From Camelus dromedarius (lineage: Eukaryota): DNA of 64,000 nt. Positions 26,886 through 38,270 of the stretch are shown piece after piece (position 1 is the first letter of the stretch; every line of letters begins with the position of its first letter). The position numbers and the translations under genes were made by a program. Below the pieces are notes generated by a model. The model did no database searches. It was not told the DNA's origin and worked only from the letters and a program-made list of their open reading frames with translations. The stretch lies in contig NC_087437.1 in NCBI RefSeq assembly GCF_036321535.1, positions 65,908,001 to 65,972,000 of the forward strand, given 5' to 3'.

Positions 26886-27544
26886 TGCAGGAGGAGTGTT
26901 AGGAGATGTTTACAATATTTGAGATAAGACAGAGGCTTTCTATATTACATCCTGAGATATAGGAGCCCTCGAAGAAGATAAGTGTAAGATGGAAGAAAGA
27001 GGGATAATTATTTATGGATAGTATTGAGAAGTCAGAAGGAGATGGGATCCAGAGCATAGGAAACATTAGCTCCCTCAACAGAAGGAGGAAAGAAGGGATG
27101 TCTCTTTATTTAAAACAGAAGGGAAGACACATCTATAGGTGAGTAGTAAGAAGCTACCTAGTAGCTACATTTTCTCTTAGACATAGGAGGTGAAGACATC
27201 TGCTGAGTGAGAGGACAGCAGTAAAGGTCCAAGTCAAATGTTTATTAATATTCATTTCTGTGAAGAACAGGAGAGAACTATGCAGAGATATTTAACAAGT
27301 GAAAGGCTGCCAGCACATGGTAGCATATAGTTGGATGAGTTTTCTCCAGCCCAGCTCATTCTGGGAATAGATAGCGGAAAGATGGATTTTAGGATTGATC
27401 TAAGATTAAAGGATTGAAGAGTAGGTGCAGTGGAAGAACAAAAGAATGGTGGAATTGGCTCAATAAGTTACAATAGGCTTAACTACTGTAATCAGGGACC
27501 CAACAATAATTCAGTGGCTCTGACAAGACAGAATTTTTTCAATT

Positions 27545-30157
27545 CTGGTACTGTGGAATATTCCACACATTCTACAATGAATGCAGCTAAAAACCTGGAC
27601 AGAATGTCTGGAGCAGCTTTTTGAGGACTCTGAAAGTTAAATAGTAGTTGGTGATTGGTGAAGAGGACTAAAATTTGAAGTACCATCAAACTTGTGGTGA
27701 GTTTGTCATCTTTTTCCTCCAATAAGGAGCACAAAACCTGAATGTGGGCATCTGCACAGAGGGAGCTCCAGAAGAAGTCCTATAGCTCTGGCTCAAAGAG
27801 CAGGAAGGATCTCCCAATGCTGAAAGAGTAGAGGAACACTCCCCATTTTTTTTTTCTTTTCTCCATTCTCTCACACCCTAACTCCTAAGAAATCCCATGA
27901 TGGCAGTGGGATGGGCATCAACTGTAGTGACAGTTGGGGCTGCAGGATGCTAAAATGCTAAGGAAGAGGAACTTTTCTCTCTGATCAGAGGAGCTGTGTT
28001 TAGCTGTGTGGGACAGACTCTTGTTGCTTTTTGTCTTCTCTCTGTCTTCCCGCTGGTTGGTCCTGGACATCAATATAATTGCAAAATGTACACAACATAG
28101 TGAATAAACATAGCTCCAACATTCTGGTTGTAACCAGAAAGTACTGAAGAGATTACCACAGAAAGGAGATTGGGAAAGCAGCCCTGTAAACTTGCTTATG
28201 AATTCCTGGGCCCACTTCCAAGTGTCCATGCCCATGCCCATGCCCATGCTGACCCTAAACAGCATGCAAGTTTAAGAACTGAACTACAGGATAGATCACT
28301 GCCAAGGTTCCAAACTAAGCACTGGTTGGTGCACATGCAAGACAGATCTGAATAGCACTGAGAGGGTTTTGAAATCAGCCATCACACTGAAACCACAGAA
28401 AACTGGCTTGGAATTTGTACCTGAACCTAACTGGGTCAATTATATGTTAATATAAAACAAATACCCAGAATCCCATAATATCATATTCAAAGTGCCCAGG
28501 ATAAAATATAAAAGTAATCAGTATGTGAAGAACCAGGAAAATCTCAACTTTGCATGGTAAAAAGACAATTAATAGGTGGCAATGCCAAGATGACATGCAT
28601 GTGAGGAATTATCTGGTAAAGATTACAAGTAGCTATTATAGAAGTGCTCAAAAAAGTAAGGGCATGCACTCTTGAAATATAAAAAGCTAGAAAGTCTCAG
28701 CAAAGAAATTGAAGATATAAAGAATAAACAAAAGGAAATTTTAGAATTAATAAAACACAAAACTGAAAGAAAAAACTTATTGAATTGGCTCAACAGCAGA
28801 ATAGAGATGGCAGAGGACAGTGTAAGTGAACTTGAAGACAAATCAAAAGGATTTACCCAAAGTGAACAACAGAGAGAAGAAATATTTTTTAAAATTATTT
28901 ATTCATTTATTATTTTTTAATAATAGAGTTTCAGAGACCTGTGGAATGATACCAAAAGATGTAGCATTGATGTCATCAGAGTCCCAGAGAGGATAAAAAT
29001 GCATTGTAGAAAACGTATTTGAAGAAATGATGACTAAAAAATTCCTAAATTTTGTGAGACATAAATCTACAGACTCAAGAAGCTCAGCAAACCTCAACAG
29101 GGTAAACTCAAATAAATCCATGCCCAGACACAGGTTAAGCAAATTTATGAATTAATGACAAAGAAAACCACTTGAAAGTGACCAGAGGAAAATGACACAT
29201 TATTTGTAGGTGAACAACAATTCAAATGATTGTGGAATTCTTATTGGATACTATAGAGGACAGAAGGAAGAGGAACAATGTTCCTAAAGTGCAGAAAGTA
29301 AAAACACTGTCAAGCCAGAATTCTAGATCTAGAAAAAAAAAAAAAATCCTTCAGGAAGGAAGGTGAAATAAAGGCATTCTCAATAAAGGAAAACTATGAG
29401 CCAGCAGACCTGTCCTAAAATAATTGCTAAAGAAAGCCTTTTGAGGAAAAATGATACCGGAAGAAGGAAACTTAGAATATCAGAAATGAAGAGAGAGCAA
29501 CAAAAATAAGAAATATATAGGTAAGTATAAGAGTATTCTTCTCCTCTTGAAGTCTTTAAAATACTTTTCTGAAGCATAAATTAGAAAATATCTAGAAGTG
29601 AACAAAAATGAAAATACAACACACCCAAATTTGTGGATGCAATTAAAGAACTGCTTAGAGAGAGGGATTTATAGGATTAAATACTTATATTTTGCAAAGA
29701 AGAACATCCTCAAATCAATAATCTAAACTTCCACCTTGGGAAACTTTAAAAAAGATGAGCAAAATCAAACCCAAACAGAAGGAGGAAAAAAATAAAGACA
29801 AAAATCAATGAAATTGAAAACAGAAAACTATCACTGAAACAAAAACTCAATAAAACTGATAAATCTTTAGCCAGAGAGAAAAAGAGAAAGGGAGAAAGGG
29901 AGAGAAGGGGAAGTGAGGGTGGCAAGTAAGGATTGCTAATATCAGGAATGGAAGAGAGATATGACTCAGATCCTAGACACTAAAAGAATATTAAGGGAAT
30001 ACAATGGAAATATTAAGAATATTAAAGGAATAATATGAAGAACAACTCTACACACAGAAATTCAGCAACTTTGATTAAATGGACTAATTTCTTGAAAATT
30101 ACAAACTATGAAATGTACCAAAGATTAAATAGATAATAAAGAGACTGAATTCATAGT
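27545..30157 (+). mobile_element. Old L1M 5' region with ORF1 and early ORF2 remnants
   Basis: ORF1p coiled-coil-like peptide ESLSKEIEDIKNKQKEILEL...LNSRIEMAEDSVSELEDKS; ORF2-like gaaaatacaacacacccaaatttgtggatgc. Confidence 0.85.
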
Positions 30158-31097
30158 ATGCCTCATTTGTCATAGATTAATTTTGACCATAAGTTAATGG
30201 GTTTATTTCTGGACTTTCTATCCTGTTCCATTGATCTGTGTGTCTGTTTGGGGGCCAGTACCATGCTGTTTTGATTACTGTAGCTTTGTAGTATAGTTTG
30301 AAGTCAGGTAGCATGATTCCCTCAGCTCCATTCTTCTTTCTCAAGATTGTTTTGGCTATTTGGAGTCTTTTCTGTTTCCATACAAATTTTAATATTTTTT
30401 TGTTCCAATTCTGTGAAAAACGTCATTGGCAATTTGATAGGGATTGCATTGAATCTGTATATTGCCTTGGGTAGTATGCCATTTTAATAATATTGAGTCT
30501 TCCAATTCAAGAACATCATACATCTTTCCATCTGTTTGTGTCATCTTCAGTTTCTTTCATCAGTTTCTTATAATTTTCAGAGTACGGGTCCTTTGCCTCC
30601 TTAGGTAGGTTTATTCCTAGGTAGGCTGATGTGATGGTAAATGAGATTATTTCCTTAATTTATTTTTCTATTTAGTTTTAGTGTATAGAAATGCAACTGA
30701 TTTCTGTATATTAATTCTGTATCTTGCAACTATACCGAATTCATTGATGAGCTCTAGTAGTTTTCTGGTAGCATCTTTAGGATTCTCTATGTATAGTATC
30801 ATCTCATCTGCAAACAGTGACAGTTTTACTTCTTCTTTTCTAATTTGAATTCCTATTATTGTTTTTTCTTTTCTGATTGCTGTGGCTAGGACTTCTAAAA
30901 CTACGTTGAATAAAAGTGGCAAGTGTGGGCATCCTTGTCTTGTTCCTGATCTTAGAGGAGATGCTTTCAACTTTTCCCTGTTAAGTATGATGTCAACTGT
31001 GGGTTTGTCTTATATGGCCTTTATTATGTTGAGGTATGTTCCATCTATGCCCAATTTCTGGAGTTTTTATCATAAATGGATGTTGGCTTTTATCAAA
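30158..31097 (-). mobile_element. Inverted 5' segment of a younger L1 (ORF2 RT region)
   Basis: [26 protein letters not shown]...[19 protein letters not shown] on the minus strand (FADD motif mutated). Confidence 0.92.
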
Positions 31098-32070
31098 AGC
31101 TAATTTCCAAAGTATACAAACAAGATAATACAGCTTAATATCAAGAAAATAACCCAATCCAAAAATTGACAGATCTAAATAGATGTCGTCCAAAGAAGAC
31201 ATCAAGATGGCCAATGGGCACATGAAAAGATGCTCAGTAGCACTAATTATTAGAGAAATCCAAATCAAAACTCCAGTTAGGTATCACCTTACACCAGTCA
31301 GAATGGCCATCATCAAAAAGTCTACAAATAATAAATGCTGGTGAGGGGGTGGAGAAAAAGGAAGCCTCATACACTGTTGCTGGGAATATAAATTGGTGCA
31401 GCCACTATGGAGGACAGTTTGGAGGTTCCTTAAAAAACTAAAAATAGACTTACCATATACTCCAGCAATCCCACTCCTGGGCATATATCCAGAGAAAATT
31501 ATAATTCAAAAAGACACATGCACCCCAATGATCATAGCAGCATTATTTAGAATAGACGAGACATGGAAACAACCCAAACGTCCATCAACAGATGACTGGA
31601 TAAAGAAGATGTGGTGTATGTATATATATACAATTGAATGCTACTAAACCATAGAAAAGAATGAATTAATTGCATTTGCCACAACATGGATGGAACTAGA
31701 GATGATCCCATTAAATGAAGTAAGTCAGACAGAGAAAGACAAATATCATATGATATCACTTACATGTAAAATCTAAAAAAAAAATACAAATTCTATTTAC
31801 AAACCAAAAACAGACTCACAGACATAGAAAACAAACTATGGTTACCAAAGGGGAAAGGGTAGGAGGGATAACCTAGAGGTTGGGGATTAACAGACACACA
31901 TTACTATATACAAAATAGATAAACAACACTAGGTCCTATTCAGTTTCTTGTAATAACATATAATAGAAAAGAACTGGAAAAGAAAAAACATATATGCATG
32001 ATCTGCGTAACAATCACTTTGCTGTACACCTGAAACTAACATTGTAAATCAACTATTCCTCAATAAAAAA
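31098..32070 (+). mobile_element. 3' segment of the same L1 (ORF2 C-terminus, 3'UTR, A tail)
   Basis: [33 protein letters not shown]; ends caataaaaaaa. Confidence 0.92.
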
Positions 32071-32949
32071 AATTTTTTTAAATGTTACCCATTTCTGTCT
32101 TCCTTTCTTTTGTTAAGTGCTATAATTATCTAATAATAGAATAACTATATTCGGGTAGGATGATGATTCCAAAATGCCATGTCATCTCAAGCACAAAAAT
32201 ATGATGAAACCAATTTTTAAAAAATTATTGCCCATCCATGCATGACTTTAGACTTTTAAGAGCGATACCTTTGAAAATGTTAGGACTATTACATTTGCTG
32301 ATCACCAAAGGTTTTATTTGTGCCTGTAGCGTTAATGTGCAAAAATACTCATTGCATCTGTCTTGTTTAATAGTCTGCTTCTCTTTCCCCTTTGTTCTCC
32401 TGAAGTCATGGGTAATGAATTCAGTCAGAAAACAGGAGTAAGTTAGCAAAGCCAAAGCAGACCAGCTTCATTAGCTCAATGAAAATAGTTCAGGGGCAAG
32501 AACTTCATCAGCTATTATGTGTCTTGATCAGAGTTCTGTCATTGCTAGTCTTAAAAAAAATAACTTTACTGTAGCTTCACATTCAGCTTTTTTTTTTCTG
32601 GACATGTATCGGGCTTCTAATATATCCTTAAATAGCAAGTAATGAATGTAAAGCTATAGAACTTTGTATAAATACCAGGTTCTGTTGTTATTTTTCACCA
32701 AATTCTGAATATCACCATTCAGAAACCATATATGGTTCAGTGAGGTGCTTCTGCTTATAAAAATTCTAGTTTTTCTTAGGGAGCTGTAGCCAGAGGTAGA
32801 GACACTCTCTAAACATTGAACCAGGAGCTATTCAGCTAGAACACTGTGTAGGATATGCAGCATGTGTCTATCATTCAACAACTTCATTTGAATCAGAACC
32901 AACAACAAAACAACAACAATAGCCTTGATGTCTTATAAGCTGATGGAGC

Positions 32950-33290
32950 TAAAATGTGCTGTACCTGTATGGCACACTGGAACTGGGAGATTAAAGAAGG
33001 TGTGACCAGGGTGTAGGGCCCTCAAAGAAGGGAGTGATTATCAAAACCCAGAGGAAGCATCCTGTGTGGAGAGGAGCTAAGACTTTTGGTCAATGGAGCA
33101 GGAGAGAGCTAAGAAGCGGAGCATATAAACCTTGCCCCTACTCTCCTTCCTCTTTCTCATCTCCTAACATTACTCCCTATTGACCAAACACAAGTGGAAA
33201 CCAGCAAGCAAATTGGTGCAGCCTCTGTAGCAGAGTAAGATGGAGAAGTGTATAGAGGGGATCTGCAGGGGCACAGGGAAGCTGTCGGGC
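32950..33290. mobile_element. Ancient ERVL-type LTR relic
   Basis: ctccctattgaccaaacacaagtggaaaccagcaagcaa...agaggggatctgcagggg, similar to the 49905 element. Confidence 0.5.
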
Positions 33291-34412
33291 ACAGGGGGCT
33301 GCTTCAACTGTCTAAGTAAGAGACCACCTACTGAATTTGAATCTCAGCTATGCCCCGAACTTTGTGCTGTGTGACTTTTTGGAAGATGCTTAACTGCTCT
33401 GAGCCACAGTGTCCTGTTCTGTTAAAGTGAGAGGGAATATACTTACCTCACAGAGTTATTGTGAAGATAAGGTTAATGTGTGTAACATGAAGTGCAGCGC
33501 CTGGCACATAGTAAGTGCTAGATCAATGATGTTACTTTCCCTTCTCCACTGAATTTATTCTCTGCTTGCCTCTTTTAAGCCAAGCCTAGAGATCTACTTT
33601 GTTTTTAACATTTGCGTGCTTTAGAAAAATCCTATTTGAAAAGGCCCTGGGGAAGTGTCAGGATCATTGCTATGTCAGATATATTACCATAATAATTGCC
33701 TTGGGTCAGAATATTGTTTAAGCAGAAAAACATTTATTTTTAATTCTTCAGAAGTGCTGTGCACACTACAAGGGACTAATTTGGCCCTTAGCAAATAATC
33801 CAACATGAATTACCACCTGTTTACCAGAAGCAGCAGTTTATTTCCTAGGATTGCTAGACACTGACATCAGCTGTACCCTATTTGTTTGTGTCAAGTAATG
33901 AGATGCTTTGCATGCAGAACACTTTCATTGCATCACCTTTGGGGGAAGCTCAGAAGATTTGCTGTAAGCCAGTTTGCTCATTTCAAGGATTAGAAGAGCA
34001 TTTTTTATTGTAAATTAAACACAAATTTGCCAGGTCATTTCCAAGTTCTGATGGAAAGTCTATAATGTATTCCTATAATCATCTAATGTTTTTAATCCAT
34101 GATCCCTCAGGCTGGAATATTTCTGCTATTCCATTTACCCAGAGTAACTCCAAAACAATGATGGTTGCCCTGCTGGCTAGGCTTCCAGAGGAGTCTGGAC
34201 CATGCCCAGGCTGCAGGCTTTCCCGGTGGGGTGCTCTGATTACGGGGGAAAAAAACTGAGGGTATTGAATGCAGTATTGAGAAAGCCCCACAAAATGATT
34301 ATAATGCTGACATGTGTATCCACTTCCCACTTTACTAAGCAACTTCACAGCCATTATGCCAATCGAGGTGAGTAGAATAATTACCTCCTTACTCTTTACA
34401 TATGAGAAAACT

Positions 34413-34636
34413 GACTCTCAGGGATGATAAGTAGCTTCCCCAAGATCTTCCAATAATTTGGGTTGGCCCGAGGATTAGAATATAGAGCTTCCGATTCTAA
34501 AGCACTTGTTCAGGGATGAAAAAAGACTCTCAGGGATGTTAAGTAGCTTCCCCAAGATCTTCCAATAATTTGGGTTGGCCCGAGGATTAGAATATAGAGC
34601 TTCCGATTCTAAAGCACTTGTTCAGGGATGAAAAAA
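34413..34636. repeat. 112-bp tandem duplication, 1 mismatch
   Basis: copy 1 34413-34524, copy 2 34525-34636; differ only at gatg(a/t)taag. Confidence 0.95.
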
Positions 34637-34999
34637 GTTACATCCCAGAGTCACTTGCCTGCTCTCTGTAAAAGAATAAAAGACCACCAGAGCTTCAACA
34701 GTAAAAAAGAAAGCAGAATAGAGTTTATTTCTTTGCCTGACAAGAAAACACTCATCATTTAAAAAAAAAAAAACCAGTGACTAGTTTGCTGAGAGGGGAA
34801 AGTTAGAATTTTCTAAGTGCTGTAGAAAGGTAGAAGAGATTCAAGGTGGTTATGCTAAGTAAACATTGAAAACTAATTCTCTGGAAAGAATGGAGCCAGA
34901 CTCTAGGTCTTACATGATTGATTATAACAAGCCCCAGAAGTTGATATCCCTTTTTCAGCTTCAACTGATTACAGTAGTTAAGTACAATATCCAGTTTTG

Positions 35000-35172
35000 A
35001 CATCTTCTCAAACTCAAAATTCTCAAATATTCATCAGAATTACACAAAGAGCTTGCTGACACACAGATTGCTGGGCCTAACCTGACCCTAGATGGCATAA
35101 CACCTGTGTTTCTAACCAGTTCCCGAATGATGTTTTGTGGCTGGTCCAGGATCCATGCTTTGAGAACCACTA
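35000..35172. mobile_element. MER5A-like hAT MITE
   Basis: catcagaattac...acacagattgctgggcc...tttctaaccagttccc...tttgagaaccact. Confidence 0.75.
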
Positions 35173-35884
35173 TCCCTGACACATGATGCTATAAAGGGGG
35201 AGTTCTAATTTTGTACCTCTTTGATATCAACTGCCTCTTTAGGATTCAACTACGGGATGACATCCTCACACCCAGGAGGGACAGAAGTATCACCTGATAA
35301 TAACCTTCATATTCCACTTAGGGAAGACCTGCATTTTTTTCCATCAGTAGTTTTCAGAGAAGGGAACTATTTTTATGGGGGACGAGGGAATAAAGACACT
35401 GCTCGTGGAATCTGAAGTCAACACAACTTCATACTGAAGATTTTCTGCTCACTCACCTTCCTGGTGGGGAATCAGTACTGAATTATTTGATTTGCCTTTT
35501 ATAAAGATAGCATTACATGCATTGATTCAACCTCATTACATTTAGGGCTTGCTTTTATTACCTTACCCTCCCTGATCAATAATCACATTTTCCATCCTCA
35601 TAACCTTTTCCCATCCAATTTTTGGTCACTGTACAATCTGATTTATTTCTGCTGTGACTCAGCTTTACAGTTCTCCAAGCTTACAATTCTCTGTTTACAC
35701 CTTCATTGTTCCTTTGTCAGGCACGTATCCTAAGTAAATGGTATTTGTGTGCCTGTTTCTCTTCCAGTGGACTGGTGTCTGTGGAGAGAAGGAGCTTAGC
35801 AGGAGGCTTTGTTTTCCTCATACCACCAGTCCAAGCTCTACATGTAATAGATGCTCAATAAATTTTGGTTTGAATTTGTTGGCA

Positions 35885-37348
35885 GTTTTAAATCAGGTAT
35901 GCTTTAGCTGATTTTTTTTTATTCACATAAGTAAAATTTTATACCTTTTGGCATATAGTTCTGAGTCAAAACAAACAAAAAGCCGTGTAACCAACACCAC
36001 AATTAAAATAGAGAACAGTTCTATCACCCTAAAAACTCCCTCATACATGCTGGCCCTTTGTAGTCAAAAACTCCCCTTTCCTATAGTCCCTGGCGACTCC
36101 TGGTCAGTCCCCTGTCCCTACCGTTTTGCCCCTTCCTGATGGTCATATGAAGGGAATCGTGCAGTACCTAGCCTTTGAATATGGCTTGTGTCACTTAGGA
36201 AAGTGCATCTGAGAGTCATCCATCTTGGCGAGACTGTATCACTAGTTCAGTCTTTGCTGCTGAGTAGTGTTCCACTCTGTGGATGTTCCACAGTTTGTTT
36301 ACCCATTCACTAGCTCAAGGACTTTGGGTTGTTTCCAGTCTTTGGCAATTATGAATAAAGCTGTTGTAAATATTTGCACACAGGTTTTAGGGAGGAACAT
36401 AAATTTTCATTTCTCTTGGATAAATACCTGAGTGGAATTGTGGGGTAATGTGATAGATCTATGTTTAACTTTATAAGAAACTGCCAGAGCTTCTTATAAA
36501 GTAGCTTTATCACTTTGTATTCCCATCAGCAATATGTCACCCTGTTGCTCTGCATCCTCAGTGGCTCTAGGACTTGTCTGTTTTTTTTTAAGCATGCTAA
36601 TAGATATATAGTATTTTTTCAGCATGGTATCAATCTGCATTTCTCTAACAAATAATGATATTGAGCATTTTTCCATGTGCTTGTTTGCCATCCATGTATT
36701 ATCTTTAATGAAATATTTGTTCAAATCTTCTGCCCATTTTTGAGTTGTTTGCTTCCTTACTGTTGAGTTTTGAGAGATCCTTATATATTTTGGATAAAAA
36801 TCCTTTGTCGGATATGGGATGTGCAAGTATCTCACCCAGTCTATAACATATCTTCATTCTCTTAACAGTCTGTGTAAAGTTAAATTTTTATCAAGGTCTA
36901 TTTACTAATTTTTTTCCTTTAGGAATCATGTTTTTGCAAGTCTAAGAACTCTTTGCCTGAGTTAATCCCATAAAGATTTTCTCCTGTTTTCTTTTAAAAA
37001 TGTTAATAGTTTTACATTTTATATTTAGGCCCATGACCCATTTTAAGTTAATTTTTGTATGAAGTTTGGAGTATGCTTTGAGGGTCACTTTCATGCATGT
37101 GGGCATCCATTTTTCCTGCACCTTTTGTTGAAAAGACTGTCCTTCCATTGACTTGTATTTGCATTTTTGTCAAAACCCAATTGACCATATTTGTGTGGGT
37201 CTATTTCTAGATTCTCGATTCTGTTTCACTAATCTATATACCTATCTTTTTACTAGTACCACACAGTTTTGATTACTGTACCTTTTTAGGAAGTCTTGAA
37301 ACCAGGTAGTCTGACTCTTTCAACCTTGTCCTTTCCCCAAATTGTTTT
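35885..37348 (-). mobile_element. L1 (L1MB-like) 3' part, interrupted by the ERV; continues at 42333-~42410
   Basis: minus-strand ORF2 remnants ([11 protein letters not shown]...[27 protein letters not shown]); L1 sequence resumes right of the provirus (ccacataaattttagaacc). Confidence 0.88.
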
Positions 37349-37882
37349 TGTTGCCAAGTCAGGCCCCATTAAGGGTCCTTCTGCACAGTGTTGCTCATGC
37401 CAATAGAACAAGACTGAGTTCATTTCAGAAGCAAAGAAAAGCTTTATTCCTTGATCAGAGAATGGAGAGGTGGAGTCTCATGCTCTACAGCCCACGCTCT
37501 CGGGGAAAGGCCAGCCGTGGTCGAGGCTGCTGGGTAGGAATCGCGTCAGTGTGGAGGGGGCGGAGCTCTCGCGGGTCCAGCACAGCCGTGCCGCTCACGC
37601 CCCAGATCGCAGTGCCGGGCGCAGCGTCACCGCACACGGTCCGCCGCCGCCATCTTGAACTGCAGTGCCGCGGGCACACAGCCGGAGCTGAGGTGTCTGC
37701 GCAGCCATTTTGTAGAGTGAACCCCAGTCTGAAGCACTGGGTGCGAGGCTTCTGTATGCAGCGTCCTGCGAGCAGGTGGAACTAGACTGAGCACAAAGGA
37801 AAAGAAAAAGGTTAGACTTGACTTTATTACCCAGATTCTATTTTTATTCCCAGGGAATTGTTAATGGGCTTTTCCGGTGACA
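37349..37882 (-). mobile_element. ERV 3' LTR (534 bp), CpG-rich
   Basis: tgttgcc...ggtgaca; minus-strand AATAAA at 37443-37448; directly follows the PPT. Confidence 0.9.
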
Positions 37883-37898
37883 GATCCCTCCTCTGTCT
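37883..37898 (-). other. ERV polypurine tract
   Basis: minus strand AGACAGAGGAGGGATC immediately before TGTCACC of the 3' LTR. Confidence 0.8.
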
Positions 37899-38059
37899 GT
37901 TGTCCTGTTCTTCATTCCTGAGGGGTGCTGAGAGGTGCAAGTCCGTCTTCTATAACTGCTTTCTGCTGCGTCTGGGCATTGTCACAACCTCAGGTGGAGG
38001 AGCAAGACTTCTCCCCAGCTGCCTTTAGACAGGTTTGATGGTCACCAGGCCTCAGCCCA

Positions 38060-38270
38060 GACTGTTTGTATCTATGAGCCACCGCCGTTTGTCTAACATT
38101 TTGGAGACAGAAGATATCAGGCAATTTAAAACAGGCCGAATATTAGCAAGAAGATAATGATCACGTGTTAAATTTTTCCTAAAAATGCAGTTCTTTTGCC
38201 TGTAGACAGAAGCATGCCCTGATGTTGAGGCTCACTGGTGGCCTGAATGTCCCTGGTCACATTTTATTGT
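38060..38270 (-). pseudogene. env: env remnant (TM anchor and cytoplasmic tail only)
   Basis: minus strand reads VIIIFLLIFG then, after a frameshift, ..LNCLISSVSKMLD, resembling the gamma-type TM motif LLxFGPCILNxL. Confidence 0.6.

Noticed and set aside
28226..28249. (CCATGC)4 repeat giving MGMGMG/HAHAHA peptides in the ORF track
   Set aside because: Simple hexamer slippage inside an L1 5' region, not coding
32155..32215. Two ATGATGA box C-like motifs
   Set aside because: No suitably placed D box or terminal stem; not a supportable snoRNA
34413..34636. CRISPR-like or satellite array
   Set aside because: Only two adjacent copies with no spacers, in eukaryotic DNA
37342..37785. 147-aa ORF
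   Set aside because: Lies within the GC-rich LTR where stop codons are rare; non-ATG start
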